Origin: Nostocaceae cyanobacterium
GTDB lineage: Bacteria; Cyanobacteriota; Cyanobacteriia; Cyanobacteriales; Nostocaceae
Length of the DNA stretch: 29,350 nt
NCBI GenBank assembly: GCA_035299225.1
Contig: DATGXB010000239.1
Span: 1 to 29,350, forward strand
Direction of reading: 5' to 3'
The notes under the pieces were generated by a model. That model saw nothing but the letters and a program-made list of their open reading frames with translations. It did not search any database and had not been told where the DNA came from. This document shows positions 1 through 8,290 of this stretch, one piece after another. How positions within the stretch are numbered: position 1 is the stretch's first letter; every line of letters starts with the position of its first letter. The position numbers and the translations under genes were made by a program.

Positions 1-74
1 GCGGAATCAAGATATCTTTGACTATTTTTGGGAATGTTGGTAGAATCATGTTTATTTTTAAAATTTCGATATTT

Positions 75-108
75 AGCCCAAAGTATACTATATTTTGGGC
101 TATTTTTC
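75..108 (+). terminator. candidate intrinsic terminator hairpin
   Basis: Stem agcccaaa (75-82) pairs with tttgggct (94-101) around an 11-nt loop, followed by atttttc. The gene it would terminate lies outside the window. Confidence 0.3.
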
Positions 109-289
109 TAGTATGTTTCTTAACATTCAACACTTCTGCATGAACCCCAATTGATGATTTAGATTAATATACTCAAATGACCAGCATTACTCTATTTTGC
201 TAAGGTTAAGTGAATTAAGATAGCAAATATAGCAACTGCTTTGGCAGTTGTTATAAGTATATGGGTTTAATCATTCTTTCCTAATCACT

Positions 290-799
290 TTAGCCATAAC
301 TTAAAGAACATTGAGATATGTCCGATTTAACACTACTCCTGAGTGATTTATTCATTAAATGTACAACTTGAATTCTGAAGGGACGTTTATAACTTAATCC
401 AATATAAATACCATTCTCAGCAGAAGGAACATAGAGAAGTGAACCCGCCTCAGATTTAAAAGAACGACTAAAACGATTTGCTAAATTAGTATTGTCTGCA
501 TCTGGTGCATCACTCAACCAATCTCCTAACTTTTCTTGATAATACAAGTATTTTTCTTGGCCATTACGTTCTCTCCGCACAATTCTAATAAATAATTCAT
601 TAGTTTTTTGCAATGTACCATCATCATTCAACGTAATTTGTCCAGAGATATCATAGATTAATCTTACCCCATTTTTTAAAGATGAAGTCGTTTGACAAGA
701 TATGGAAACATTTTCGTCAGCGTGGGCTGGAGTTGCTAGTAAACAACTGAGTAAAGCCAAAGGCAGGAATAATTTTTTCATCATCATTATGTACCTCAA
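290..799 (-). CDS. small exported protein, unknown function
   Basis: 169-codon ORF. The N-terminus ...MKKLFLPLALLSCLLATPAHA/DEN resembles a Sec signal peptide, and the true start is probably one of the internal Met codons near 781-787. Cys residues sit near both ends of the mature part. No family recognised. Confidence 0.5.
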   Translation of the reverse strand: MRYIMMMKKLFLPLALLSCLLATPAHADENVSISCQTTSSLKNGVRLIYDISGQITLNDDGTLQKTNELFIRIVRRERNGQEKYLYYQEKLGDWLSDAPDADNTNLANRFSRSFKSEAGSLLYVPSAENGIYIGLSYKRPFRIQVVHLMNKSLRSSVKSDISQCSLSYG

Positions 800-845
800 T
801 GTAATTATCTGGTTTCATCTTGTTCTCATATCAGATAGTTATTCT

Positions 846-1214
846 CTAATATGGTATTGGTCTAATAAAACTTTGATTAGCTCGGACATAACAAGAAGTT
901 TCATATTGATAGCCATTAGGTGAAACTGCTAACCAAGGCTTACCTCGTCTATCTCGTCTAATTAATGGTTCTCCACTTTGAGTGGGGGCTAAAAGTTTAT
1001 CATTATTATCAAACTTTTGGACAATACGATAGTTTGAACCAGGTCCACTACGACAGTTTAAACCTGTAGTATCAATCACTATCCAATATCGTGAGTTATA
1101 ATCATAGTAATCACCTTGGCGATTTGCTCTTGGCATTCCACTTTGAGCTAATACCACACTAGAAACTGTAGAAATTGAAGCAGTAATTAACGCCAAAGTT
1201 AAATATCTAAACAT
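846..1214 (-). CDS. exported bacterial SH3 (SH3b/SH3_3-like) domain protein
   Basis: Signal-peptide-like N-terminus MFRYLTLALITASISTVSSVVLA/QSG. The segment GLNCRSGPGSNYRIVQKFDNNDKL...GKPWLAV...GYQYETSCYV matches the LNxRSGPxxxYxV...W pattern of bacterial SH3 domains. Confidence 0.6.
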   Translation of the reverse strand: MFRYLTLALITASISTVSSVVLAQSGMPRANRQGDYYDYNSRYWIVIDTTGLNCRSGPGSNYRIVQKFDNNDKLLAPTQSGEPLIRRDRRGKPWLAVSPNGYQYETSCYVRANQSFIRPIPY

Positions 1215-1254
1215 ATAATCATCTCCGCAAAATTTGTCTTCATGATTTAAAATT

Positions 1255-1353
1255 AGTATGTGTAGGGTGGGCAGAGTAAAATTCTGAATACAAGAGGAAA
1301 ATTCTAGTAAATGCCCACCGACCTATTTTTCAATAATCAAATCGGAGTCCTAT
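1255..1353. repeat. dispersed inverted-repeat element (GGGTGGGCA ... TGCCCACC), copy 1
   Basis: The sequence agtatgtgtagGGTGGGCA...TGCCCACCgacctatttttcaataatcaaat has a second copy at 11102-11206 with the same flanks and a different loop. Confidence 0.6.
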
Positions 1354-1369
1354 AGTAAATACTTTGCAT

Positions 1370-1828
1370 TTATTGTGTTACTTCAAATGTATGCAGATAA
1401 TAACATTGTTGGTTAATAATAGTCTGACGACCACGTTTGACAATATACCTTCCTGAGTAGGGATCATTGAGAACAATTTTTTTATTAGGAGCACCGGAAA
1501 GAATTAACTGATGAACATCACCTTCCGAATCTTTCCATTGCATAACTACTCTATTTTTGCTTTGAAAATAAGCGCGTCCATTACCCAAAACTATATCTGG
1601 TTGTTTATCAGGTGTAGATTCGTGTAGGTTCTCAACCCCGCTATAAACAATATATTGTAGTTTTCCGCTTCGAGAACCATCTGTTTCTATCCGAAAATGT
1701 CTTGTAGTGCAAGCATAACGAACATCAAAAGTTATATTTGCTTTAGCTGGACTCTGAAGCCCAAAACTATAGATTGAAGAAACAGCTAAAAATAACAAGC
1801 CGGTACAAAGTTTTTGCAAGTTTTTCAT
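1370..1828 (-). CDS. small exported protein, tandem paralogue A (Cys...QQC family)
   Basis: I prefer the ATG at 1828 (MKNLQKLCTGLLFLAVSSIYSFGLQSPAKA/NIT, signal-peptide-like) over the longer ORF to 1912, which would overlap the upstream gene. It shares C-x3-[RH][FY]xIE, P-x-[IL][VI]L-x-NG and the C-terminal QQC with the ORF at 1836-2204. Confidence 0.55.
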   Translation of the reverse strand: MKNLQKLCTGLLFLAVSSIYSFGLQSPAKANITFDVRYACTTRHFRIETDGSRSGKLQYIVYSGVENLHESTPDKQPDIVLGNGRAYFQSKNRVVMQWKDSEGDVHQLILSGAPNKKIVLNDPYSGRYIVKRGRQTIINQQCYYLHTFEVTQ

Positions 1829-1835
1829 GGTGATT

Positions 1836-2204
1836 TTATTGACACTGTTGATAAAAAATTTGCTGCTTAGATTTGTAAATAGATAAATAAACTTCTCCTC
1901 CCCGTCCCTCAAATTTTTTAGCGACTACATAAGAATATTTGCCATTTTGAAAAGTAAAAAACTCGGCAATACGTCCATCTCTCCTGCTACCATTTCTTAA
2001 TATCAGACTAGGACTACTAGTAGAACCATCATAGGCAGTATAAGTATAATTATTTCTGACTGAGTTATGTTGAACTTCAATATAATAGCGGCCTGCTTTA
2101 CAACTAACTATTGTTTCCGATGCTTTGGCTTTAAGAGGGAAAAAGCTTAAACATAAACTAGCTGCTAAAAGTAGGGATGTTTGGAAAAATATCAGTTTTT
2201 TCAT
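1836..2204 (-). CDS. small exported protein, tandem paralogue B (Cys...QQC family)
   Basis: Signal-peptide-like N-terminus MKKLIFFQTSLLLAASLCLSFFPLKAKA/SET. The mature part has the same Cys-start and QQC-end layout as 1370-1828. Only 7 nt separate the two genes. Confidence 0.55.
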   Translation of the reverse strand: MKKLIFFQTSLLLAASLCLSFFPLKAKASETIVSCKAGRYYIEVQHNSVRNNYTYTAYDGSTSSPSLILRNGSRRDGRIAEFFTFQNGKYSYVVAKKFEGRGGEVYLSIYKSKQQIFYQQCQ

Positions 2205-2298
2205 ATTGGGAATTTCTTACTAAGTATTGCACTCTCATTAATAGTTGAAATTTTGTTGGGTCAATCTACAACTGACCCAATCTACTAAAACTATATTT

Positions 2299-2883
2299 TT
2301 ACAAACCATTAGTGTCGTTAAGTAGCCATCGTTGATCTGTACGTGAACCATTGTTGGCATTACGTCCAGAACGTTCACAATCCCAAAGTTGTAATTGTGC
2401 ACGATTATCCTGACCAGGTGCACCAGCTACATCAACACATTTTCCTGATAATGTATTAACAATAAATCCCCCGTGTAATTTCCATTGTTGGTCTGTACGT
2501 GAACCATTATCAGCATTACGTCCCGAACGTTCACAGTCCCAAAGTTGTAATTTTGCACCATTACTAATGCCAGGTGCACCGGATACATCAATACATTTTC
2601 CTGACAGAGAATTTATAATAAATCCGTCATTTGTTAAGATCCAAGTTTGGTCTGTACGTGAACCATTGCTAGTATTAACTCCAGAACGTTCACAATCCCA
2701 AAGTTGTAATTTTGCACCATTACCGTTGCCAGGTGCGCCAGCTACATCAATACATTTTCCTGATAGTGAATTGACTATAAAGGAATCTTCAGATCCGACT
2801 AAGCTTGCCTGACTAGTTCCTTGAAAAACAAGAGCAAGAACACTAAAACCAAATAACACAAAAAATTGATGTTGACGTTTCAT
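2299..2883 (-). CDS. exported ricin-type beta-trefoil lectin (three QxW subdomains)
   Basis: Signal peptide MKRQHQFFVLFGFSVLALVFQGTSQA, followed by three repeats of about 50 aa: SGKC[IV]DV[AS]GAPG...[AK][QK]LQLWDCERSG.N..NGSRTDQ[TQR]W. The QxW motif occurs once per repeat, as in ricin B / CBM13 lectins. Confidence 0.85.
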   Translation of the reverse strand: MKRQHQFFVLFGFSVLALVFQGTSQASLVGSEDSFIVNSLSGKCIDVAGAPGNGNGAKLQLWDCERSGVNTSNGSRTDQTWILTNDGFIINSLSGKCIDVSGAPGISNGAKLQLWDCERSGRNADNGSRTDQQWKLHGGFIVNTLSGKCVDVAGAPGQDNRAQLQLWDCERSGRNANNGSRTDQRWLLNDTNGL

Positions 2884-3043
2884 AGCTTACATCCTTTAAA
2901 AGCAACTGATATTCTGTAGAAATTACATTCTATCTGCAATAGCTTTACAAAAAAACATTAACTGAAATTTTGCTGGGTCAAGTCTAGTGCGACTCAACCT
3001 AGCAAAAATAAAACCGTGATTGGTAAAATCATGAGACTTATTT

Positions 3044-3529
3044 TTATCGGGGATACAATCCAATTCTTGCACCATTATTATAAGGACCAAAATAGTATTC
3101 TCTATTCTCAGGAATAGAGAATTTTGCTGATTGATATCCTGGCGCAAGATCATCATCAAAAGATACTACAGGATTACCATAATTCGTCCCTCCACAATCT
3201 CCCCCGGATGTTATTTGCGCTGTAAACCGCCAGCGTTCACCAGCAGGAATTGTGTAAGCATCATTATTAACTTGAAGTTTCACAGCAAAATTCATTGTAT
3301 TTTTAATATGAAACACTCTTTCTACTGGTTTTTCAAAAAAACAAGCTGTTGAGCCTCCATCTGAGTTATCTTCATCAGCAACGGGTACCCAAATACAGCG
3401 CTTACCTATGCCGGGTACTTTTGTGCAAACTTCTTTAGCGAAAGATTCACTCTGTGAGCCAAGAATAGCAACTAATGTTGAGCCAGCAATTATGGAAGCT
3501 AAAAGCAAGGGGGAAAAACGTGTAGTCAT
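3044..3529 (-). CDS. small exported protein, unknown function
   Basis: 161-codon ORF with N-terminus MTTRFSPLLLASIIAGSTLVAILGSQSESFA/KEV (signal-peptide-like). The mature part has four Cys. No family recognised. Confidence 0.5.
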   Translation of the reverse strand: MTTRFSPLLLASIIAGSTLVAILGSQSESFAKEVCTKVPGIGKRCIWVPVADEDNSDGGSTACFFEKPVERVFHIKNTMNFAVKLQVNNDAYTIPAGERWRFTAQITSGGDCGGTNYGNPVVSFDDDLAPGYQSAKFSIPENREYYFGPYNNGARIGLYPR

Positions 3530-3634
3530 AATTATTAATGCCCTTGAGAGTCAAAATTTAAGAATGTTGATTTGGTACTATCATCATCCAAAAAATTACT
3601 GAGAATGTATTGCTGAAAACTGTAATCTTGATTT

Positions 3635-3672
3635 CCGAAAAGTGAAATGTTTCCTTTACAAAACTATATACT
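3635..3672. repeat. 38-nt intergenic repeat, copy 1
   Basis: The sequence ccgaaaagtgaaatgtttcctttacaaaactatatact matches 4384-4421 at 37 of 38 positions. Confidence 0.8.
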
Positions 3673-3807
3673 TATATGTATTCAGTTTGCAGTACAAAAG
3701 CTACTTGATGATCAAGCGATCGCTATTTTGGCAAAAATTCAGCAAAGTGAGCGATCGCAAAATCAAATACCTTCTAGCAGTGGCCAGAGTGACCCATCCG
3801 GGTTTTA

Positions 3808-4158
3808 CTACTTTTTACAAAGCACGTAATCAAAAGTTAAACCACAAGTAGAGCAATACCACCATTTTCTATTAGCTACATCCCACTGCCAGGCACCAGT
3901 TTCAGACCCAAGGCTTCTAATTTCAAAATCTAGTGCATATCTATAGCCAACATATTTACAGTATGCATTTGCTCCTCTTTGTTGTGCATCAGCATCACCA
4001 CCATTTTCTCCTTTTCTAGCAACTTCTACTGGACCTCCTCTGACAAGAGGCTGTGAAAACGTCCGTTCTTCAGCTAAACCGATTTTAGCTGTTCCGATGA
4101 TGAAAGTAGTTGTTAAACCCACAACAGATAATAAGAAACCGGCTTTTTTTCTAATCAT
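3808..4158 (-). CDS. small exported Cys-containing protein, unknown function
   Basis: 116-codon ORF with N-terminus MIRKKAGFLLSVVGLTTTFIIGTAKIGLA/EER (signal-peptide-like). The mature part is Trp- and Cys-rich (WQWDVANRKWWYCSTCGLTFDYVLC). Confidence 0.5.
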   Translation of the reverse strand: MIRKKAGFLLSVVGLTTTFIIGTAKIGLAEERTFSQPLVRGGPVEVARKGENGGDADAQQRGANAYCKYVGYRYALDFEIRSLGSETGAWQWDVANRKWWYCSTCGLTFDYVLCKK

Positions 4159-4383
4159 TATAACCCCTCTAAATAGCTTAATTTTTGAGCCATGCTACAG
4201 CAGATTTCATCTAAAAGATGTACATAAATGCGGACAAGATGCCCACCACGTAAAAGTTTAATTACTCATGCGTGTAATTCATTCATTTATGCAAAATGCT
4301 ATAGGATGTTTGCTACATTTACTTGCAAAATGCTGTATGTAGGGTGTATTAAAACTACTATCAATAGCGGTAATCAATCATTA

Positions 4384-4421
4384 CCGAAAAGTGAAATGTT
4401 TCCTTTACAAAACTACATACT
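4384..4421. repeat. 38-nt intergenic repeat, copy 2
   Basis: The sequence ccgaaaagtgaaatgtttcctttacaaaactacatact abuts the stop codon of the CHAT gene. Its partner is at 3635-3672. Confidence 0.8.
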
Positions 4422-7258
4422 CACCGCCACTCACCCTGAAGCACAAAAGCTGCCCAATAATAAGGAGAACTCCATTCTGGTATCTGGGACATCTCCACTT
4501 GTGCTTGTCTCAAAGCTGCCGCAGGTGTTAACTTTTCCTGCAACAAACCACGATAAAATCGCTTCATTAATTCTGCTGTTGCTTGGTCGTCAACTTTCCA
4601 CAAACTCACTAGCACTCGTGTTGCACCTGCATACATAAACCCCCGTGTTAGTCCTATAATTCCTTCTCCTTTCACGTCCTGACCTTGGCCTGTTTGACAC
4701 GCACTTAAAACAACTAATTCTGCTGGTAAATGCAAATTAAAAATATCACGCAGTCGCAAAAAACCATTTTGGGGTATTCCTTGTTCATCTACTAAGGACA
4801 TGACAACCCCTGATAATTCTGGACGTACAGTATTTAGGATGCCATGAGTTGCAAAATGAATAATACGATATTGGGCTAAATTTGGATTAGTTGCACTGGT
4901 TTTATTGGCTTGGAAATCAAAAAAGTGAATCCTTTCTGTATCAGGAACTAAAGCTATAATTGCCTCTGCTTCCTTGCGTGTTCCCAAAAGCCGTGTTAAG
5001 TTTATCCGTGCATCTCGAAGAGAATCTGTTAATTCTACTTCTGTAATTGGCACATTTTCTAAATTGGGTATAATGCTATTATTAGTATTACCTGTATTAT
5101 TTTTTAGTCGTCTATCATTTTTCCCAAATACTGGGTCTGCTAGTACAGCGATAGTTTTCGGTGCAATTTGTCTTCCTTTGATTTGATTTCTTAATACAGC
5201 TAATGTTGATGCTGAAGGTAAATTAATAATCTCATGGTGTGTAATTAATGGTAAAAAACCTTTTTGATGTTTTGTTTCGGGAATTACCAAGGCACTAAAA
5301 GGTATTGTTTGTAAGCTGCCATCAGCAATAATCACTAATCTTTTGTTTTCTAATTGTTTAGCGACAGGTTTAAGTAAAATTTGGCTGAGAGTCTCTACCG
5401 CTAAAATATCTTTTTCTGGGCGGATTCTAATGGGTACTAATTCTTGTTGGTGAAAGCGTTGTACAAGTTTGTCAATATCTATTTGTTTTGGTAATTCATA
5501 ACTATGAATACTGGTTTTTGTCACTGCCCAAAGATAACTATTTTCTTCTCCTAATGAATATTCTAAAAGTAGTGTATTGTCATCTAGTAAAGTTGATTGA
5601 ATTTCGGATAAAGTGAGGGGTTGAGGTTGAGTAATAGCAGCATAGCTAGGATTGTTTTGTTTAATCTCTGCTGTGATTTCTTCATATTGTTGATAAAGTT
5701 GGAAAAGTTCCATTTCTGAAGCCATGACTTGTTCTGATGTAGCCTGGCTATTTAGTAGTTCTACTTGACGTTTTTCTAGTGCATCAATTTGTTTACTAAT
5801 TATATTTTCTTGTTGTAATAATTCTTTGTTAACACTATTGCGAATATCTACTTTAGCTTCTGCGAGTAATTCTAAAAGACTGCGGGCGCGGGAACGTTCG
5901 CTGGAGTGAAATGCTTTTGCGTCATATCCGGCGGATGGATAATTTTGATGCAATCTCATTAATAAGTCTATATAAAACTTGTATTTATTCTGGGTTGTAG
6001 AAAAAACCGCAGTGCGAAGATTTGAGCTATAAATACTATTTCGTAAGTCCTCAGTGAGTTTAATAGAAACTTCCATTTTTATTAGGGCTGCGGTCAGATT
6101 GTTTTGCTGACTTTCGATTTGAGCAATGTTATAAAGGTTATTAGCTTGGGCGAGGCGATCGCCTGTGGTTTGGGTAATGGATAATGATTGATTTAAAGCG
6201 CGTAATGCCTGCTGGTGTTGATTGATGGAGTTGTATAATAAACCCATCTCTCCTAATACAATAGCTTCATCAACTTTGTCACCTAATTCTTGATAGATTG
6301 ATACTGATTGATGATAAAAATTTAAGGCTTTTTGTGGCTCATTAAATGATGAATAAATTTCACCAAAATGGCGATAAACTCTAGCTAATTCTGAGCGATT
6401 ACCTAATTCTTGATAGATATTCTGCGCTGTAATTAATGCGTTGATTGCTAGTTCTTTTTTGCCTAAATTCTTATATACTTGACTAATATAAATATAAGCT
6501 CTTGCTTCTCCAGATTTGTAACCTGCTTGCTTGGCAACTTCTATGGCTTGTTGGTAATAATTAAGGGCTTGTTCATTATTGCCTAAACCGTAATAACCCC
6601 AAGCTATTTGGACTAAAATATTAGATTCTCCAGTGGAGTTGCCTGCTTTTTGATAAACTTGCAAAGCTTGTTGATAGAACTCCATGCCTTTTTCTTTAGC
6701 ACCTAAAAAGAAATAGTGAATCCAGCCCATATCAGAATAAGTTGAAGCAACTCCAGCTAAATCACCAAGTTGCTGATAAAGTCGCTGTGCAGCCTCTAAA
6801 GAATCTAAAACTTTTTGCCTTTCTCCAAACAAGTTATGAAGCATACCTAAATCTTGTAAAGTTCTAGCTTGTAAGGGAACTTCACCTAATTCTGTAAAAA
6901 TTGTTAATGCTTGGTTATAGGATGATAATGCTGGTTCTACCTCTCCTAAGAATTGATAAATCTTACCAATTTTTCTCAAAATTATTGCTGATTGTAACCG
7001 GGCTTGTTTGCTAGAATTTTCACTAACTATTAAAATTTTCAAATACTTAAGTGCTTCTAAATATTTTTCAATTGCCTGTCGTTTTGATACTGCTGTTCCT
7101 TGCTGGAAAAGTTTTTCGGCTTCTGCCACAGCTTTTTCAACTGGATGATAATTAGTATTAGCTTGAGTAATTACTAGTTGTTGAGGAGTGGCAAATACTG
7201 ACGCAGGTAATAAGAAAATCGTAATAAATAAGGTTAGCCCCAAGTGTAAGGTTTTCAT
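4421..7258 (-). CDS. exported TPR-repeat protein with C-terminal CHAT (caspase-fold peptidase) domain
   Basis: The ATG at 7258 gives MKTLHLGLTLFITIFLLPASVFA/TPQ (signal peptide); the ORF extends to a TTG at 7282. About 400 aa of TPR-like repeats (Y..ALxxxxxxG) are followed by a coiled-coil region. The C-terminus carries the IIHFATHG and VVLSACQTG His/Cys motifs typical of CHAT domains. Confidence 0.9.
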   Translation of the reverse strand: MKTLHLGLTLFITIFLLPASVFATPQQLVITQANTNYHPVEKAVAEAEKLFQQGTAVSKRQAIEKYLEALKYLKILIVSENSSKQARLQSAIILRKIGKIYQFLGEVEPALSSYNQALTIFTELGEVPLQARTLQDLGMLHNLFGERQKVLDSLEAAQRLYQQLGDLAGVASTYSDMGWIHYFFLGAKEKGMEFYQQALQVYQKAGNSTGESNILVQIAWGYYGLGNNEQALNYYQQAIEVAKQAGYKSGEARAYIYISQVYKNLGKKELAINALITAQNIYQELGNRSELARVYRHFGEIYSSFNEPQKALNFYHQSVSIYQELGDKVDEAIVLGEMGLLYNSINQHQQALRALNQSLSITQTTGDRLAQANNLYNIAQIESQQNNLTAALIKMEVSIKLTEDLRNSIYSSNLRTAVFSTTQNKYKFYIDLLMRLHQNYPSAGYDAKAFHSSERSRARSLLELLAEAKVDIRNSVNKELLQQENIISKQIDALEKRQVELLNSQATSEQVMASEMELFQLYQQYEEITAEIKQNNPSYAAITQPQPLTLSEIQSTLLDDNTLLLEYSLGEENSYLWAVTKTSIHSYELPKQIDIDKLVQRFHQQELVPIRIRPEKDILAVETLSQILLKPVAKQLENKRLVIIADGSLQTIPFSALVIPETKHQKGFLPLITHHEIINLPSASTLAVLRNQIKGRQIAPKTIAVLADPVFGKNDRRLKNNTGNTNNSIIPNLENVPITEVELTDSLRDARINLTRLLGTRKEAEAIIALVPDTERIHFFDFQANKTSATNPNLAQYRIIHFATHGILNTVRPELSGVVMSLVDEQGIPQNGFLRLRDIFNLHLPAELVVLSACQTGQGQDVKGEGIIGLTRGFMYAGATRVLVSLWKVDDQATAELMKRFYRGLLQEKLTPAAALRQAQVEMSQIPEWSSPYYWAAFVLQGEWR

Positions 7259-7432
7259 ATTAAGAAATATTGAATAAAGCAATCTTGGTAAAAATTATCT
7301 CTTCAGTTTTAATTAACCACAGATAAGCACAGATAAATAATAAGTTTTTGCAAAGAATATAACATGACAATATTTAGGTGAGGGAAGGGGGTATTACTTC
7401 CGTAGTCACAGGGTGAGAATGGCAGAATGATG

Positions 7433-8131
7433 TTATCTGTGCGGGGGTATTGTTGATGAAGGGGTTGATGTAGTTGGGGGTTCTACTGTTTCTAAGGCAG
7501 CTAAATCATTTAACAAGCTATAAATAACATCTTTTTGTCCTAATCGTAGAGCTTCACCTAGTGCGTCATACCATAAGCCAGCAGCCGCTAAAATATTGAT
7601 ATTAGTACGACTATTACGGACAAGAAACACCCGTTTAGGCATTTTCACTACCTCTATTTCTGCCATTGCAAATAAATCATTAGCTGGTTGATTAGGGTTA
7701 CACAAAATGATGACTTGCCATAGATATCTTTTACCCACCTCCAAACCAGGTTTATTTTTAGGTAAGGTTAAAGTCATGATGCCATATTGACTTTGCATTT
7801 GCACCTGTTGTTGTATTTGAGGTTCACGGTTAAGATTGTATTTATACAGCCTAAATTCCATTGGTAAGGGTTTGGAGTCGGGAACAAACCAAGCAAAAGT
7901 AGGATGAGTAGAAGTAGTTTGCCCAACATGATTTTGAGGTGCTAGAAGTTGTAAAGATATTTCTCCGTTTGTTTCACATCCTCCCCTACCACCTGTAGTT
8001 GTTGTGCGAGTGGTGGGTGGACGTTGACCGCGTGGGGGTTTATATTCGGCTCTCGCAACAGTGGTTGAAGCTAAGATTAAGCTAGTAATACCAATAGTGA
8101 CTAGCTGGCAAAATTTATAGTTTTTTATCAT
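7433..8131 (-). CDS. exported DUF928-like protein
   Basis: Signal peptide MIKNYKFCQLVTIGITSLILASTTVARA/EYKPP. It has an Arg/Thr/Gly-rich segment (PPRGQRPPTTRTTTTGGRGGCE) and then HPTFAWFVP...EFRLY. This matches my memory of the DUF928 family found next to CHAT/CHASE2 genes in cyanobacteria, but I could not verify it by search. Confidence 0.65.
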   Translation of the reverse strand: MIKNYKFCQLVTIGITSLILASTTVARAEYKPPRGQRPPTTRTTTTGGRGGCETNGEISLQLLAPQNHVGQTTSTHPTFAWFVPDSKPLPMEFRLYKYNLNREPQIQQQVQMQSQYGIMTLTLPKNKPGLEVGKRYLWQVIILCNPNQPANDLFAMAEIEVVKMPKRVFLVRNSRTNINILAAAGLWYDALGEALRLGQKDVIYSLLNDLAALETVEPPTTSTPSSTIPPHR

Positions 8132-8290
8132 AATCTGGTTAAATTTTTAATTTCTAGATCAAGGGACGGACTTATATACAAATAAGTTCAGGCTTTTTTT
8201 GGGTATTTAATGGGTAAGTTAGGTAAGCGATCGCACTATCAGAATTTGGCAGTTTAATATTAAGCTAGAATTGGTTGTTATGTTGATTTT

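Noticed and set aside
1828-1912. The longer 180-codon version of the 1370 ORF, starting at 1912.
   Set aside because: The extension overlaps the 3-prime end of the upstream paralogue in another frame and lacks signal-peptide character. The internal ATG at 1828 gives a canonical signal peptide.
4228-4638. 136-codon plus-strand ORF spanning the CHAT 3-prime end and the upstream intergenic region.
   Set aside because: It runs through the 38-nt repeat (its peptide MFPLQNYIL also appears in ORF 3647-3829) and is antisense to the CHAT C-terminus. There is no supporting signal.
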